64,000 nt of DNA from Cyanobacteriota bacterium (GTDB lineage Bacteria; Cyanobacteriota; Cyanobacteriia; Cyanobacteriales; Nostocaceae): positions 1 through 64,000 of the forward strand of contig JBJOKS010000021.1 in NCBI GenBank assembly GCA_046045965.1. The letters run 5' to 3'. This document shows positions 62,476-64,000 of the stretch, piece by piece. Position 1 is the first letter of the stretch. The number at the start of each line of letters is the position of its first letter. The notes beneath the pieces were generated by a model. That model made no database searches and was not told the DNA's origin. It saw nothing but the letters and a program-made list of their open reading frames with translations. Position numbers and translations under genes: made by a program.

Positions 62476-64000
62476 ATGGATATCGGCTTAAAAATGCAAC
62501 CTGTTTCAGCTATTAATATAACTAGCTTGAAAGAAGCACCAATTCACCTTTCGAGCAAAATTCAACCTCATGGTATTGTGTTGGTTTTAGAAGAACCCGA
62601 GTTAAAAGTATTACAAGTTAGCAATAATACCTTAAATGTTTTCGGCATTTCTCCCGAAAATATGGTGCAGAAAAGATTAGAAGATTTAGTAGATTCATTC
62701 CAGTTAGAGAGAATTAAATCTGGGATATCAGAGCAAAATTTAGATTTTATCAACCCTACCAAACTTTGGATTAGAAAAAAAGGTGATGAATACACAGTAT
62801 TCGATGCTGTATTTCATCGAAATTCTGAAGGATTTTTAATTTTAGAATTAGAACCTGCAATTTCGCAAGAAAATATTCCGTTTCTCAGTTTTTATCATTT
62901 AGCCAGAGCTTCGATCAATCGTTTAGAAAGTACGAAAAATCTGCGGGAATTTTGTCAAATTATTGTCCAAGAAGTGCGACAAGTGACTGGATTTGACAGA
63001 GTAATGCTATATAAATTCGATGATGATGGACATGGTTCTGTTATCGCTGAAGAAAAAATAGCCGAATTAGAGCCTTATTTGGGGTTACACTATCCAGAGT
63101 CAGATATTCCCAAACCTGCGAGAAACTTATTTATTTCCAATTCCATTAGATTAATCCCCGATGCTAATGTAGAACCTGTACAAATTTTTCCCGATCATAA
63201 TCCTGTAACTAATCGTCCCATTGATTTAACTAACTCTAGTCTGAGAAGTCCTGCATCTTGCCATATAGAATATCTACATAATATGGGTGTTGGTGCTTCT
63301 TTGACAATTTCTTTGATTAAAGATCAAAAACTTTGGGGTTTAATTGCTTGTCATCATCAAACACCCAAATATGTTTCCTATGAATTACGAAAAGCTTGCG
63401 AATTTTTAGGAAGAGTGATATTTTCCGAAATTTCTGCCAGAGAAGAAACAGAAGATTACGATTATAGAATGAGTTTGACATATATTCAATCACTCTTAGT
63501 TGAATATATGTCCCAAGAAGATAACTTCATTGATGGTTTGGTCAAAAACCAGCCTAATCTTCTAGATTTAACCAGTGCTAAAGGAGCAGCAGTTTGTTTT
63601 GGGGGACATTACACTCTGATTGGTGAAACTCCCAAAGAAGAAGAACTGAATTTTTTAGTTGAATGGCTGAAAAATAATGTAGAAGATGAAGTATTTTATA
63701 CGGATTCTCTTCCTAATATTTATCCCGATGCGATTAGCTTCAAAAACGTTGCTAGTGGTTTATTAGCTATTCCCATTTCCCAACGCAATTATGTTTTATG
63801 GTTTAGACCAGAAGTAATTCAAACTGTGAATTGGGGTGGTGATCCAAATAAAGCTTTTGAAGTCAATCAATCCCAGGGAAATTTGCAACTGTGTCCCCGA
63901 AAATCATTTGAACTGTGGAAAGAAACAGTTAGGTTAACATCTTTACCTTGGCGATATGTAGAAGTAAAAGCAGCATTGGAATTACGGAAAGCAATCGTCA
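62476..64000 (+). CDS. aphA: Cph1/AphA-type phytochrome (PAS-GAF-PHY), truncated by the window end
   Basis: Not in the ORF track (no stop before the window end). Translates MDIGLK...EAPIHLSSKIQPHG, GFDRVMLYKF, YPESDIPKPAR, LRSPASCHIEYLHNMGV (GAF Cys-His), LCPRKSFELW. No N-terminal BphP-type Cys. Confidence 0.92.
   Translation, partial: MDIGLKMQPVSAINITSLKEAPIHLSSKIQPHGIVLVLEEPELKVLQVSNNTLNVFGISPENMVQKRLEDLVDSFQLERIKSGISEQNLDFINPTKLWIRKKGDEYTVFDAVFHRNSEGFLILELEPAISQENIPFLSFYHLARASINRLESTKNLREFCQIIVQEVRQVTGFDRVMLYKFDDDGHGSVIAEEKIAELEPYLGLHYPESDIPKPARNLFISNSIRLIPDANVEPVQIFPDHNPVTNRPIDLTNSSLRSPASCHIEYLHNMGVGASLTISLIKDQKLWGLIACHHQTPKYVSYELRKACEFLGRVIFSEISAREETEDYDYRMSLTYIQSLLVEYMSQEDNFIDGLVKNQPNLLDLTSAKGAAVCFGGHYTLIGETPKEEELNFLVEWLKNNVEDEVFYTDSLPNIYPDAISFKNVASGLLAIPISQRNYVLWFRPEVIQTVNWGGDPNKAFEVNQSQGNLQLCPRKSFELWKETVRLTSLPWRYVEVKAALELRKAIV

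Overview
Chromosomal window of a heterocyst-forming (Nostocales-like) cyanobacterium, inferred from HIP1 GCGATCGC sites, heptamer STRR repeats, and Tic20 and Cph1-type phytochrome genes. 0.1-6 kb: CPA2 antiporter-USP fusion, UDP-glucuronate decarboxylase, ugd and a DUF2993-like gene. 6.2-34.8 kb: an AT-rich, all minus-strand polysaccharide locus with Wzc, a Wzy/WaaL-like protein, Wzm/Wzt, about ten glycosyltransferases, five to six sulfotransferase-fold proteins, its own cysC, O-acetyl- and methyltransferases, and a dioxygenase/aldo-keto reductase pair. It probably makes a highly sulfated exopolysaccharide. 35-64 kb: mostly housekeeping genes (cinA, wecA-like, glyA, rpsF, argG, rpsB, tsf, recG, PMT-family GT, a partial phytochrome). 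Accessory elements in that part: a solo IS200/IS605 tnpB with an intact right end/omega-RNA; a second, orphan omega-RNA-like copy upstream of rpsF with compensatory base changes and a candidate promoter; an ABC-ATPase + PIN-like two-gene cassette upstream of rpsB (candidate defence system); nested very small mobile repeats; and a MITE. I recognised no tRNA, rRNA or CRISPR array. All calls come from motif reading by eye; no database searches were run.
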